Shown here: positions 34,605 through 44,202 of the stretch, one piece after another
Numbering within the stretch: the stretch's first letter is position 1
Layout: each line of letters opens with the position of its first letter
From: Candidatus Sulfotelmatobacter sp.
Lineage (GTDB): Bacteria; Acidobacteriota; Terriglobia; Terriglobales; Acidobacteriaceae
Assembly (NCBI GenBank): GCA_049512915.1
Contig: JBEKWP010000007.1
Coordinates: forward strand, 32,197-96,196
DNA: 64,000 nt
Direction of reading: 5' to 3'
The notes under the pieces: generated by a model
The model's input: only the letters and a program-made list of their open reading frames with translations
What the model was told of the DNA's origin: nothing
Databases searched by the model: none
Translations under genes and position numbers: made by a program

Positions 34605-36593
34605 TTATTCTGTCAGAGTGCAACTGCAATCGGCCGGGACGACATGGGCCAGCAGGAAGTCGGCGACGCGTTGGTAGGCGTCAATCTGATTCTCCACGCG
34701 GGCGAAGCCGTGGCCTTCGTTCTCATAAATCTTGTAATCGACCGTGCCGCCGCGCTTCTTGATGGCTTCGACCACCTGCTGCGTCTCTGATTTCGGGCAT
34801 CGCGGATCGTGCCCTCCGGCGAGCAATAATAGCGGCGCTTTAATCTGGTCGATGAAGTTGATCGGCGAGCGGTCTTCGTACAGCGCCTTATTCTTCACTA
34901 CATCTCCCATGGTCGCCAGATCGGACTGTTGCAGCACAGGATCTTCGTTCTCAATTTCGGTGAACCAGTTCACGAAGGGCACGATGGGCACGCCCGCGGC
35001 CCAAACGTCAGGCGCTTTCGTCAACGCCATCATGCTGAGATAACCACCATAGCTTCCGCCCATGACGGCGATCTTTTTCGGATCGAGGTGGCCAGTCTGC
35101 TTGATCCAGTCAACGCCGGCCAGCACGTCCTGCAAATCGCCGCCGCCCATGTCGAAGAGATTCGCCTGCTGGAATTCCTTGCCGTACCCCGTCGAGCCAC
35201 GATAGTTGGGGGCGAGAACCATGTATCCCTGATTGGCCGCGTATTGCACGAAGCGGTTGAACGAGTTCATCGTCTGCGCTGTCGGACCGCCGTGGATGTA
35301 AACGATGGCGGCGTTCTGCCCGTTACGCGCCATGTTGAAGGGTACGTAGAGAAACGCAGAAATGGTCCACTTGCCGTCGCGGCTCGGATAGTGCACCAGA
35401 TAGGGCTCAACCATGTCTTCGGAACGCACACCGGCAATGAGTGAATGTGTGACCTGATGCGACTTCGCGGTGGCCAGCGTATACACCCAAAGATCGCCGG
35501 GCGCGGTGGGACCGTTGTGATAGTAGAGCAGGCGTTGCCCGTCTTTCGTAAAAGCAGAATGGCCGCCAGTAGGCTCGTTCACGCCTTTCGGAATCGGTAA
35601 CACACTGGATTTGCCGGTCGCGAGATCGTGCAGGTAAATGTCTTCATTGCCGTCCACGTTCGCGCTGAAGGTGATGTGTTTGCCGTCGGGCGAGAATTCG
35701 CCACCGCCGATCTCCCACTTGTCATGGGTGAGCCACGAAATCTTCTTGGCCGCAATTTCCAGCAAGCCAACATTTTCGTAGCCATTGGCGGCGTTCGAGG
35801 TGAACAGAATGTGCTTGCCATCGGGAGAAATGTCGTCACTGGAGTAGCGCTGCTCGCCCTCATGCGGCGTGAGCAGCGTCGTTTTTCCCGTCGCAACTTC
35901 AGCGATGAAGATGTTGGAGTCCGTACCTTTGGCCTGCTCCTGCGAGTAGACGATGTACCTACCGTCCTTCGACCAGACGGGATTGAAATTTCCCTTGTCC
36001 TGCGGCGTGCCGGCAGTGATGTGCTTCAACTCGCGCATTACTGTGTCATAGACGTCGATCTCGTGGGCGGCTGATGTCTTTGGCTTCACCAAGTATGCGA
36101 GATAGCGTCCGTCAGGCGACCACGTTGGATCGGTTTCGGCAATCTCGCGCGTGCTGGTGAGGTTGAGTACTTTGCCGGTCTTGGGCGAAACCAGAAAAAT
36201 GTCCCAGAGTTCGTCTCCATCGTAATCAGATTGATAGGCGATCCACTTGCCGTCGGGCGACCACGCTGGTGACGATTGGCGCTGATCGCTGACCGTAAGC
36301 TGCACCGGCCATCCGCCTTCGGCGGGGACGAGCCAGAGATTGTTGCGCCCGCTCATATTCGAGATGAAGGCGATGCTTTTGCCATCGGGCGACCACGTGG
36401 ACTGGCCTACCTGGCGCGTCATGTAAAGCTTCTCGATGGTCAGGCTGCGCGGCTCGACCTGGGCATTGGGCTTGGAGGCAATCTGTTTCGGATCGGTAAT
36501 GGCCTGGGGCGCAGGCAAAGTCTGGGCGGCGATGGTCTCGGCAAGAACTGTGCTCATGAGTATGACGATAGCAAACGAGATGAAAATGCGCAT
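34605..36593 (-). CDS. S9 family serine peptidase (TolB-like propeller plus alpha/beta hydrolase), paralog of 17329..19647
   Basis: Signal peptide MRIFISFAIVILMSTVLAETIAAQ (start set to ATG 36593). SPDGK propeller blades, GGSYGGYL nucleophile elbow, GGHDPRCP, and NEGHGF. Confidence 0.85.
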   Translation of the reverse strand: MRIFISFAIVILMSTVLAETIAAQTLPAPQAITDPKQIASKPNAQVEPRSLTIEKLYMTRQVGQSTWSPDGKSIAFISNMSGRNNLWLVPAEGGWPVQLTVSDQRQSSPAWSPDGKWIAYQSDYDGDELWDIFLVSPKTGKVLNLTSTREIAETDPTWSPDGRYLAYLVKPKTSAAHEIDVYDTVMRELKHITAGTPQDKGNFNPVWSKDGRYIVYSQEQAKGTDSNIFIAEVATGKTTLLTPHEGEQRYSSDDISPDGKHILFTSNAANGYENVGLLEIAAKKISWLTHDKWEIGGGEFSPDGKHITFSANVDGNEDIYLHDLATGKSSVLPIPKGVNEPTGGHSAFTKDGQRLLYYHNGPTAPGDLWVYTLATAKSHQVTHSLIAGVRSEDMVEPYLVHYPSRDGKWTISAFLYVPFNMARNGQNAAIVYIHGGPTAQTMNSFNRFVQYAANQGYMVLAPNYRGSTGYGKEFQQANLFDMGGGDLQDVLAGVDWIKQTGHLDPKKIAVMGGSYGGYLSMMALTKAPDVWAAGVPIVPFVNWFTEIENEDPVLQQSDLATMGDVVKNKALYEDRSPINFIDQIKAPLLLLAGGHDPRCPKSETQQVVEAIKKRGGTVDYKIYENEGHGFARVENQIDAYQRVADFLLAHVVPADCSCTLTE

Positions 36594-36650
36594 GGTGATT
36601 GGCCTTTGGAGCGACTGCCGAAGGGAAAGTTTATCAGAAGGTGGAGTGGC

Positions 36651-36766
36651 CATCCTGAGCGGAGAGAGAAGTGCGTAAGCGCACTTCTGGCGGAGTCGAA
36701 GAACCCCTTACCGTCCGCTTTTTCCACGACGTCGGCAAAGCCGACGCAAATGCTTCGCTCAGGATG
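36651..36766. repeat. REP/MITE-like structured intergenic element
   Basis: Terminal inverted repeat CATCCTGAGCG(36651-36661)/CGCTCAGGATG(36756-36766). It encloses two hairpins: 36667-36688 (9-bp stem, loop TAAG) and 36730-36746 (7-bp stem, loop AAA). Confidence 0.6.
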
Positions 36767-36802
36767 ACAGGTTTGTTTGAAAGCGGTCCACAACGCCCGA
36801 GG

Positions 36803-37615
36803 TTACACTTTGGCGTTCTTGTGCATGTCGACCGTACTCCAGGTCTTGTCGGCGGCGTGGCAGAGGTTTTCGAGCGAACAGTCCACACACTTGGGCTTCC
36901 GCGCGATGCACAGCTTACGTCCGTGCCAAATGATCTGGTGAGAAAAGAGAATCCACCGTTCGCGCGGGATGATGCGCATCAGATCCTGCTCGATTTTCTG
37001 CGGGTCATAGTTCGTGGTCAGCTCGAGACGGCGTGAGATGCGGTGCACGTGAGTATCGACGACCACGCCTTCGGCTTTTTTGAACCACGTGCCCAGCACC
37101 ACGTTGGCGGTCTTGCGTGCGACACCGGGAAGGCCGAGAAGGTCTTCCATGTCATCGGGAACTTGCCCTCCGAAGTCGGCAACGATTTTTTTCGCAGCGC
37201 CCACTACGGACTTGGATTTGTTGCGGAAAAACCCGGTGGAGCGGACGTCCGGCTGGAGCTGCTCGGGCGTGAGCGCCGCAAAGGCCTGCACCGTCGGATA
37301 TTTGCGGAACAGTTCCGGCGTGACGCGGTTCACGTTGGCGTCCGTGGACTGCGCAGAAAGGATGGTCGCGACCAGGAGTTCCCAGGCGCTGGAGTGAGTG
37401 AGAGCGCAAGTAACCTCGGGATACATCTGGTCGAGTCGCTTCAGGATCTCGGCGATGCGGTCGGGGTCGAGGGGATTGTAGCCCGATTTGCTTCGGCCTT
37501 TCGGCGCTGCCGCCGGAGCTGCGCTCCGGGGACGGGCAGGAGTGCCCGTCCCCACACGAACGCCTTCCTGGCGGCCGGTTCGGGTGGGTTGTCGGGGCGT
37601 GCGTCCGCGGGTCAT
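36803..37615 (-). CDS. nth: endonuclease III (DNA glycosylase/AP lyase) with an Arg/Pro-rich N-terminal extension
   Basis: HhH-GPD region LLGLPGVARKTANVVLG. C-terminal 4Fe-4S cluster motif CIARKPKCVDCSLENLC. Confidence 0.88.
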   Translation of the reverse strand: MTRGRTPRQPTRTGRQEGVRVGTGTPARPRSAAPAAAPKGRSKSGYNPLDPDRIAEILKRLDQMYPEVTCALTHSSAWELLVATILSAQSTDANVNRVTPELFRKYPTVQAFAALTPEQLQPDVRSTGFFRNKSKSVVGAAKKIVADFGGQVPDDMEDLLGLPGVARKTANVVLGTWFKKAEGVVVDTHVHRISRRLELTTNYDPQKIEQDLMRIIPRERWILFSHQIIWHGRKLCIARKPKCVDCSLENLCHAADKTWSTVDMHKNAKV

Positions 37616-37715
37616 GAGGGCAACATCTTAGCAGAGACCTCGGTAACCCCGGCGACGATTGACTCGACCGATATCCCTCGGTAGTCTGGAGTTCACACTC
37701 TCTTCAGACAATGTT

Positions 37716-37940
37716 ATGGCCGTAAATTCCATTCAGCTCGGGCAGGTCTGGCGCAGCGATGCCGATGGCCAGGATTATCTGGTCACCAAGGTCTATAACG
37801 AAGTGTTCAGTCAGATTGCCATGCTCAGGCCGGCGGGCATCACCGCACCAGACGCACCTACTGTGCGCGTCAAAGTGACCAAGACTCCGCAGGGCGCGGC
37901 GCTGCCCGGCTACACATTCACCCAGGACGGCTCGTTCTAG
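37716..37940 (+). CDS. small hypothetical protein (74 aa)
   Basis: The ORF MAVNSIQLGQVWRSDADGQDYLVTKVYNE... has protein-like composition. No family recognised. Confidence 0.45.
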   Translation: MAVNSIQLGQVWRSDADGQDYLVTKVYNEVFSQIAMLRPAGITAPDAPTVRVKVTKTPQGAALPGYTFTQDGSF

Positions 37941-37980
37941 CCAAGAGTCTCTGCCGCCACTTTCCGATACACTTAAAATT

Positions 37981-38056
37981 CAGTTCCTAGTTCCCAGTTC
38001 TCAGCTTGAGGCTCAAAGGGTTTTACGGAGAACTGAGAACCGAGAACTGAGAACTG
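37981..38056. repeat. heptad-repeat palindromic element (long imperfect hairpin)
   Basis: The right arm 38028-38055 is GAGAACT GAGAACC GAGAACT GAGAACT. The left arm 37981-38004 is CAGTTCC TAGTTCC CAGTTCT CAG, its inverted complement. Of 24 arm positions, 20 are Watson-Crick pairs, 1 is a G-U wobble and 3 are mismatches. It ends 7 nt before the dedA-family ATG. Confidence 0.75.
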
Positions 38057-38063
38057 CTCTCCA

Positions 38064-38711
38064 ATGACTGAAAAACTTCTAGCTCTCATTTTTGCGTTCA
38101 TCAATTTTGTAATCAGCGCGACCGGCTACAGCGGCGTCACGCTGCTGATGGCGATTGAATCGGCGTGCATTCCACTGCCGTCGGAATTGATCATGCCGTT
38201 CGCCGGCTATCTGGTCTTTACGGGCACGTTCAAGCTGCTCTGGGTGGCGACAGCAGGGGCACTTGGCTGCAATCTGGGGTCGCTGGTGGCGTACGAGATT
38301 GGATTTTATGGCGGGCGTCCGCTGGTCGAGCGCTATGGCCGTTGGATCCTAATGGGGCATCGGGAACTCAACTGGGCCGACCGATTCTTCGCGCACTGGG
38401 GATACCTGGCAGTGTTCATCGGGCGGCTGTTGCCGGTGATTCGCACCTTCATCGCGCTGCCCGCAGGGATTGCGCGCATGCCCAGAGGACGGTTTCACGT
38501 GTATACGTTTCTGGGATCGTGGCCATGGTGCCTGGGGCTGGCGTATCTCGGCATGAAGCTGGGCGAGAACTGGCGCGAACTGGGCAAATATTTTCACAAG
38601 TTCGATGCGGTGATTGGGGTCATGCTGGTGGCGGGCGCAATCTATTTTGTTTGGACGCACTGGCAGAACAGAATCAGCCGTCGGCCAGCGGTACAGAACG
38701 ACAGATCCTAG
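38064..38711 (+). CDS. DedA family (SNARE-associated/VTT domain) inner-membrane protein
   Basis: Motifs ESACIPLPSELIMPFAGYL and FIGRLLPVIRTFIALPAGIARM are typical of DedA. Confidence 0.85.
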   Translation: MTEKLLALIFAFINFVISATGYSGVTLLMAIESACIPLPSELIMPFAGYLVFTGTFKLLWVATAGALGCNLGSLVAYEIGFYGGRPLVERYGRWILMGHRELNWADRFFAHWGYLAVFIGRLLPVIRTFIALPAGIARMPRGRFHVYTFLGSWPWCLGLAYLGMKLGENWRELGKYFHKFDAVIGVMLVAGAIYFVWTHWQNRISRRPAVQNDRS

Positions 38712-38847
38712 CCTGAGATCTTCACCGCCGAGCACCTCGACGAGTTCAGAACCAATCCTATCGATTGAACGAAACGAAGCGAGCCGTCCGGGGACCTGAG
38801 TCCTACTCCCGTGCGCCTCCGTGGCCTCGTTGGTTTAGAATGTTGTT

Positions 38848-39408
38848 ATGTCTCCCGAACTTAATTTCGGCCCCTACGTCGACACCGAGAACGGCAAGAA
38901 GGTGGTCAAGGATCTGACCTTCGGCAATCCCACGCCGGAAGGGCTGGTGCTGACCACTCTCGATTCGGCCGTCAACTGGATGCGCAAGGGCTCCATCTGG
39001 CCGATGACATTTGGCCTGGCTTGCTGTGCGATCGAAATGATGTCGATGGGGGCGGCGCGCTTTGATATTGCGCGTTTCGGGGCGGAAGTATTTCGGCCTT
39101 CGCCACGGCAAAGCGATCTCATGATCATTGCCGGCCGCGTCTCGAACAAGATGGCGCCAGTGATCCGGCAATTGTGGGAACAGATGCCGGAACCGAAGTG
39201 GGTGATTTCCATGGGAGCCTGTGCCACCTCCGGCGGAGTGTTCCAGAACTACGCGCTCGTACAAAGCGTCAACCAGGTGATTCCGGTCGATATTTATGTT
39301 CCTGGATGTCCGCCGCGTCCCGAGCAACTCATCTACGCCATTACCCTGCTGCAGGAAAAAATCCAGAACGAGCGCGGGACCATCAAGAAAGCCCTGAATC
39401 TGACCTAG
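38848..39408 (+). CDS. nuoB: NADH-quinone oxidoreductase subunit B (NuoB/Nqo6-like), not flanked by other nuo genes
   Basis: [27 protein letters not shown] and VPGCPPRPE supply all four cluster-N2 cysteines. Confidence 0.88.
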   Translation: MSPELNFGPYVDTENGKKVVKDLTFGNPTPEGLVLTTLDSAVNWMRKGSIWPMTFGLACCAIEMMSMGAARFDIARFGAEVFRPSPRQSDLMIIAGRVSNKMAPVIRQLWEQMPEPKWVISMGACATSGGVFQNYALVQSVNQVIPVDIYVPGCPPRPEQLIYAITLLQEKIQNERGTIKKALNLT

Positions 39409-39705
39409 CCTCCCACGCTGGGCTGCGGATTGCACGTTTTCTCACCCCGGTTTCCCCTTGCCTTTCATTTCCGGCGGATGTGCAAATGTTTTACTAGCTG
39501 GCTTGTAACTGGCTCCCAATATGGCACTTGGCGGGGGTTAGCCCACAATGGTCACAGGTGACGCCGAGGAATGCGAAACTATTCCCTGTCCGGATGAATC
39601 TAATTTTCCGAGTGGTTGCGTGTTGAGACTCGCCAAGACACGAGGGGGGCAGCACACTCAGGAACGGCCCAGGTAAAACTAACCCTAGGGTGTGGAAGGT
39701 GCTCC

Positions 39706-39942
39706 ATGGTAGCAAAACTGATCGATGTATTTTTCGGTTGCCGGCACTCCCGGTACAGCTTTCCGGTAACCATTCGCGGAGCGGCACGCCGCCCGCAAGC
39801 TGCGGTATTAACCGGAACCTACGTAGCCTGCCTGGGTTGCGGTAGAGAATTTCCCTACGACTGGCAGGAGATGAAGGTCATCACGTCATCGGCCGAGCGG
39901 CGCGAGTACGGGGCCACTCTCGCGACGAAGCAAGCGGCGTAA
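39706..39942 (+). CDS. small hypothetical Cys-containing (zinc-ribbon-like) protein
   Basis: GGAAGG lies 7 nt before ATG 39706. Contains GCRH...CLGCG. Confidence 0.4.
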   Translation: MVAKLIDVFFGCRHSRYSFPVTIRGAARRPQAAVLTGTYVACLGCGREFPYDWQEMKVITSSAERREYGATLATKQAA

Positions 39943-39945
39943 GGC

Positions 39946-41256
39946 CTAGCGCGCCGGAACGGTCGTCGCGGTCCGCTTTTCCATCGCTACAAACTCACGC
40001 TCTCCGTGCCCAGTGTAAATCTGCCGCGGCCGGGTAATCTTTTGTTCCGGATCCGTCACCAGTTCCTGCCACTGCGCCAGCCATCCCGCCGTCCGTGGAA
40101 TGGCGAACAGCACGGTGAACATTTCGGGTGGGAATCCCATCGCCTGGTACATGATTCCGGAATAGAAATCGACGTTGGGATAAAGCTTTCGCTTCACGAA
40201 ATACTCGTCTTCGAGAGCGATGCGTTCCAACTCAAGGGCGATGTCCAGTTTCGGATTGCGTCCTGTGACTTCGAAAACCTGCTCCGCGGTCCATTTAATG
40301 ATCTTCGCCCGCGGATCGTAATTCTTGTAAACCCGGTGTCCGAATCCCATCAGCTTCCCGTGACCATCCTTCACCCGCTTGATGTAGGCTGGCACGTTTT
40401 CTTTGGTGCCAATCTCATCGAGCATCTTCAGGACCTCTTCGTTGGCGCCGCCATGCAACGGTCCCGCCAGGGCCGACGCCGCCGACGCAATAGAGAGGTA
40501 AGGGTCGGTTTGGGCGCTGCCCACCGTGCGCATCGCGCTGGTACCGCAATTCTGTTCGTGATCCGCGTGCAAAATAAACAGGATGTCGAGCGCGCGTGAA
40601 AGCACGGGATTCGCCACATACTTCGGCTCAACCATCTTCCACAGCATGTTCATGAAGTTCTCGGTGTAGCTCAGATCATTGTCGGGATACACGTAAGGGA
40701 ACCCTACGTTGTGCCGGTATGACATGCCTGCAATCGAAGGAGCCTTGCCGATCAGGCGCTTGATCTGCAGCAAGCGGTTTTCCGCGTCGTGCACGTCCCG
40801 GGCTTCCGGATATACGCTGGAGAGCGTGGCTACCGTGCTCACAAACATCACCATGGGATGCGAGTCGTAGCGGAAGCCCTCCATAAACTTCTTCGTAGTC
40901 TCGTGCAGCATGGTGTGGTGCGTGATGTCGTGCACCCAGTTCTTGAGCCCGGCCTGGGTAGGCAATTCGCCAAAGAGCAGGAGATAGGCGACTTCGAGGA
41001 AGGTACAGCGCTCAGCCAGTACCTCGATGGGATATCCGCGATAGCGCAGGATTCCCCGATCGCCGTCAATATAGGTAATGCTGCTGCGGCATGAAGCCGT
41101 GTTCATAAAGGCCGGATCATAGGTCATCAGCCCAAAATCTTCCGGATCCGTCTTGATCTGCCGCAGGCTCATCGCCCGGATGGTGCCGGCTTCGACGGGG
41201 ACGGTATACGTCTGACCCGTACGGTTGTCGGTGATGGTGAGTGTGTTCTCCGGCAT
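39946..41256 (-). CDS. gltA: citrate synthase (type II)
   Basis: GFGHRVYKNYDPRA, the GPLHGGANE-type region ALAGPLHGGANEEV, and the catalytic-His region ILHADHEQN. AAGGAG lies 10 nt before ATG 41256. Confidence 0.92.
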   Translation of the reverse strand: MPENTLTITDNRTGQTYTVPVEAGTIRAMSLRQIKTDPEDFGLMTYDPAFMNTASCRSSITYIDGDRGILRYRGYPIEVLAERCTFLEVAYLLLFGELPTQAGLKNWVHDITHHTMLHETTKKFMEGFRYDSHPMVMFVSTVATLSSVYPEARDVHDAENRLLQIKRLIGKAPSIAGMSYRHNVGFPYVYPDNDLSYTENFMNMLWKMVEPKYVANPVLSRALDILFILHADHEQNCGTSAMRTVGSAQTDPYLSIASAASALAGPLHGGANEEVLKMLDEIGTKENVPAYIKRVKDGHGKLMGFGHRVYKNYDPRAKIIKWTAEQVFEVTGRNPKLDIALELERIALEDEYFVKRKLYPNVDFYSGIMYQAMGFPPEMFTVLFAIPRTAGWLAQWQELVTDPEQKITRPRQIYTGHGEREFVAMEKRTATTVPAR

Positions 41257-41420
41257 GGAGGGCCTGCTCCTTTGCACCCAAGACTAGCTAAGACTAGCGT
41301 AGTTTAGCCTATTTCGTTTCCGCAACAAGCCGCTGTGACGAAGGTCACAAATGCCGGCGATTATGGCATTGCTTCACCTTCAGGCCGGCCCTATTACCCA
41401 GATTGCTCTATCCCGAACAC

Positions 41421-41446
41421 AAAAAACCGGCGGCCGCGGCCACCGG
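41421..41446 (-). terminator. intrinsic terminator downstream of the M48 peptidase gene
   Basis: On the minus strand CCGGTGGCCGCGGCCGCCGG forms an 8-bp GC-rich stem, followed by TTTTTT. Confidence 0.7.
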
Positions 41447-41473
41447 TTCGTTGTTTCCTGTTTCGTTCCGCAG

Positions 41474-42619
41474 TTAGTTCGAGGAATCATCCCGCCGCTT
41501 CAAGGTTGGACGATCATCATCGGTCTGTCCATTCCCACTGTTGCCGTCGCTGCTCGAAGTCCGCCGCAAGCTGGGCTTGTTGGCATCTTTCGGATCGAGC
41601 ACTTTATGGCGATTCTCGATCGACGCCAGCCTCCCTTTGACCTCGTCGAACTCCGAAGTGGTCACAATGTACTCTGCCTTGGACGGCAGGATCTTGCGGA
41701 TTTCTTCCTGGGTCTTCTCAATACGATCGGGAGTCTGGGGGTGCGTATCGAACGCCTTGGAGAGCGTCCCAGGCTTCTTCTTCTCCATCGCCTGAATCTT
41801 TTCGAAGAAAGAAACAAATGCCGATGGGTCATAGCCGGCGCGGTACATGTACTGCACCCCGAGGTAGTCAGCCTGGGCCTCGAAGGTCCGTGAGAACTTC
41901 AGAAACGTCATGGGAATCGCAAGCCCGGACGCCTCGTACGCCCCGTAGCCAATCGCACCGCCAATGAAGATCAAGGGAATGGACGCCATCTGCAACAGCT
42001 GCGCGCGCGTCATTTCCCTGCCGTAGTGGCACGCCGAAACGTGCGCGATTTCATGTGCCATCACGCCCGCCATTTCGGCCTCTTCGTCAGCCGCCAGGAT
42101 CAGTCCCGAATTCACATAAAAGAATCCGCCGGGAAGCGCCATGGCGTTCACCACGTCGGAGTCAATCACCTTGATCGTGAACGGCACCTGCGCGTCTGAG
42201 TTGCGCACAATGTTCTGGCCGATCCGGTTCACATACTCGGCGATCACCGGGTCATTCACCAGCTTGACCTGCGATTCGATCATCTGCGAGTATCTGCGAC
42301 CGTCGGCAACCTGCCGCTCGATCGAATACCAGTTGCCCACGCCGCGTCCGCAACCCACGTTGCGGTTCCCCACTGCATCCACATCGGCCTCACCGCCATC
42401 GTGCTTAATCTGGCTGTCATCCTGCGTGGGGAGCGCGGCCGGTGCCTGCGCCGGTGCATTCTGCATATCGCCTGCCTTGGGCTGGCCGTGGTCAGGATCT
42501 GAAGCTGGAGGTTGTGTCTGTGTCGGAGTTTGACCGGGATTCTGTGTCTGCGCTCGCGTCCAAGGCACTATGCTGAACGTCGCCACCACTACCGAGATTG
42601 CCAACCATCGCGATTTCAT
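41474..42619 (-). CDS. M48 family zinc metallopeptidase (secreted/periplasmic)
   Basis: AGGAG lies 7 nt before ATG 42619. Signal peptide MKSRWLAISVVVATFSIVPWTRAQ. HEXXH motif MAHEIAHV. Confidence 0.85.
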   Translation of the reverse strand: MKSRWLAISVVVATFSIVPWTRAQTQNPGQTPTQTQPPASDPDHGQPKAGDMQNAPAQAPAALPTQDDSQIKHDGGEADVDAVGNRNVGCGRGVGNWYSIERQVADGRRYSQMIESQVKLVNDPVIAEYVNRIGQNIVRNSDAQVPFTIKVIDSDVVNAMALPGGFFYVNSGLILAADEEAEMAGVMAHEIAHVSACHYGREMTRAQLLQMASIPLIFIGGAIGYGAYEASGLAIPMTFLKFSRTFEAQADYLGVQYMYRAGYDPSAFVSFFEKIQAMEKKKPGTLSKAFDTHPQTPDRIEKTQEEIRKILPSKAEYIVTTSEFDEVKGRLASIENRHKVLDPKDANKPSLRRTSSSDGNSGNGQTDDDRPTLKRRDDSSN

Positions 42620-42842
42620 GGGAAACTCCTTGCGCGCGCACCGTACTCTCAGAAGCATTATACGCCCGGTCTGAAGCACGCCCACCCAAAGTTCTTCCAG
42701 TTAGACGCGACCCTCCCATCGCCGGGTTATCCGGCTCGCGGAGATAGAGCAAAGCCCGACAATCCTGCGAATCGGAGTTCCCCCTTGAGGATTCCTGCCC
42801 CGAGCCGTAACATGGCCCGTTCCGCATTCGATAAATCGGGAG

Positions 42843-44141
42843 GTGCCATTGCTCGACCGCCGCCGCTTCCTCGCCACTGCCACCACCGGACTCGCCGCAA
42901 CCCTGGCGTTCCGCGGTAATCTGATCGCCCAACTCGAGAAGGCTCCCTCCACCCTGCCCGACCCGGCTCTCTTCACGAAGAACGAGGATGCCTATTGGGC
43001 CGAAATTCGCCGCCAGTTCCTCATCCCGGAAGACGAGATTTACCTCAACAACGGAACCGTGGGATCTAGCCCCGCGCCTGTGCTGCGCGCCGTTTTCGAT
43101 GGCTACACCACCACCGAGCGAATGGACCAGCAGGATCCAGAAGATTACCCCATCTGGGGATACGCCGCGTGGAACGAATTCCGCGACCCTCTGGCTGCAT
43201 TCGTAGGCTGCCATCGCGATGAGATTGCCCTGCTCCGGAATGCCACTGAGGCCAACAGCTACATCGCCAACGGGATCGACCTGAAACCAGGGGACGAAGT
43301 CCTGATGACCGACCAGGAGCATCCCGGTGGCCTGCACCCGTGGGAGCTTAAGGCCAAGCGCTATGGCACCGTGGTGAAGAAGGTCGCGCTACCCCTGCCT
43401 GTGAAAGATGCAGCCCAGGTTCTCAATCTGTTCAACGACTCCATTACACCGCGCACGCGCGTCATCTTCTTCAGCCACATCACCACATTCTCCGGAGTCG
43501 TCCTGCCCGCGAAAGAACTCTGCGCGCTGGCCCGGTCGAAAGGCATCCTCTCGGCCGTCGACGGCGCCCACGTGACCGGCATGATGCGACTTAAAGTGCA
43601 AGACCTCGGCTGCGACATGTACTCTTCGAGCCCGCATAAGTGGCTGCAAGCGCCCAAAGGTTCCGGCTTCCTCTACGTGCGCGACGAGGTCGTTGACCGC
43701 CTCTGGAATACGATCGTCACCGAGGGTTGGGACGACCCCAAGCTGCGCGCGGAACGCTTTCAGCGCATCGGCAGCTCCAACGTCCCGGCTCTGTGGGGAC
43801 TCCGTGCCTCCATCAAACTAGCCAACGATATCGGCTTGGATCGAATTGAGAGTCGGCACCGCAAGCTCGCCGATTACACGCTGGATGAAATGAAAAAGCG
43901 CGGCGCCGAATCATGGACCTCGCCCGATCCCGCCCTGCGCTGTGCCATCGTCACGGTCAACGTCCCGCCAGTTCCGCGCATGGACCTGGAAAGCTGGATG
44001 TGGAAGACGAACAAAATCCGGATCCGCGGCGGCGACCCGAACAAGCTGCGCCTGTCGACGCCTTACTACCTGCAGAAGAAGGACATCGACCGGTTTCTAG
44101 AGAAGTTCGACGAATACAAACGGGAAAAGAAGCTGGCTTGA
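42843..44141 (+). CDS. class V aminotransferase-fold PLP-dependent enzyme with a twin-arginine signal
   Basis: Tat leader [26 protein letters not shown]-lysine region [19 protein letters not shown]. The start could be GTG 42843 or TTG 42849. Confidence 0.8.
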   Translation: MPLLDRRRFLATATTGLAATLAFRGNLIAQLEKAPSTLPDPALFTKNEDAYWAEIRRQFLIPEDEIYLNNGTVGSSPAPVLRAVFDGYTTTERMDQQDPEDYPIWGYAAWNEFRDPLAAFVGCHRDEIALLRNATEANSYIANGIDLKPGDEVLMTDQEHPGGLHPWELKAKRYGTVVKKVALPLPVKDAAQVLNLFNDSITPRTRVIFFSHITTFSGVVLPAKELCALARSKGILSAVDGAHVTGMMRLKVQDLGCDMYSSSPHKWLQAPKGSGFLYVRDEVVDRLWNTIVTEGWDDPKLRAERFQRIGSSNVPALWGLRASIKLANDIGLDRIESRHRKLADYTLDEMKKRGAESWTSPDPALRCAIVTVNVPPVPRMDLESWMWKTNKIRIRGGDPNKLRLSTPYYLQKKDIDRFLEKFDEYKREKKLA

Positions 44142-44167
44142 TGCGGTAACCGCGCCGGCGGACCATT

Positions 44168-44196
44168 TTGACGACGACGGTTCCGAGTGGTATGAT
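44168..44196 (+). promoter_or_regulatory. sigma70-type promoter of the TA pair, predicting a leaderless transcript
   Basis: TTGACG(44168-44173), N17, TATGAT(44191-44196). ATG 44203 begins 7 nt after the -10 and there is no SD. Confidence 0.65.
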
Positions 44197-44202
44197 GGTG
44201 GT

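Noticed and set aside
39522-39537. TGGCAC... sequence resembling a sigma54 -24 element.
   Set aside because: The base pair 12 nt downstream of the GG is GG rather than the required GC of the -12 element, and no enhancer-binding-protein gene is nearby.
41280-41299. 10-bp tandem AAGACTAGCT/AAGACTAGCG just upstream of the citrate synthase RBS.
   Set aside because: It has only two short copies and no other occurrence was noticed. It could be a chance duplication or part of the promoter, and the evidence is too thin.
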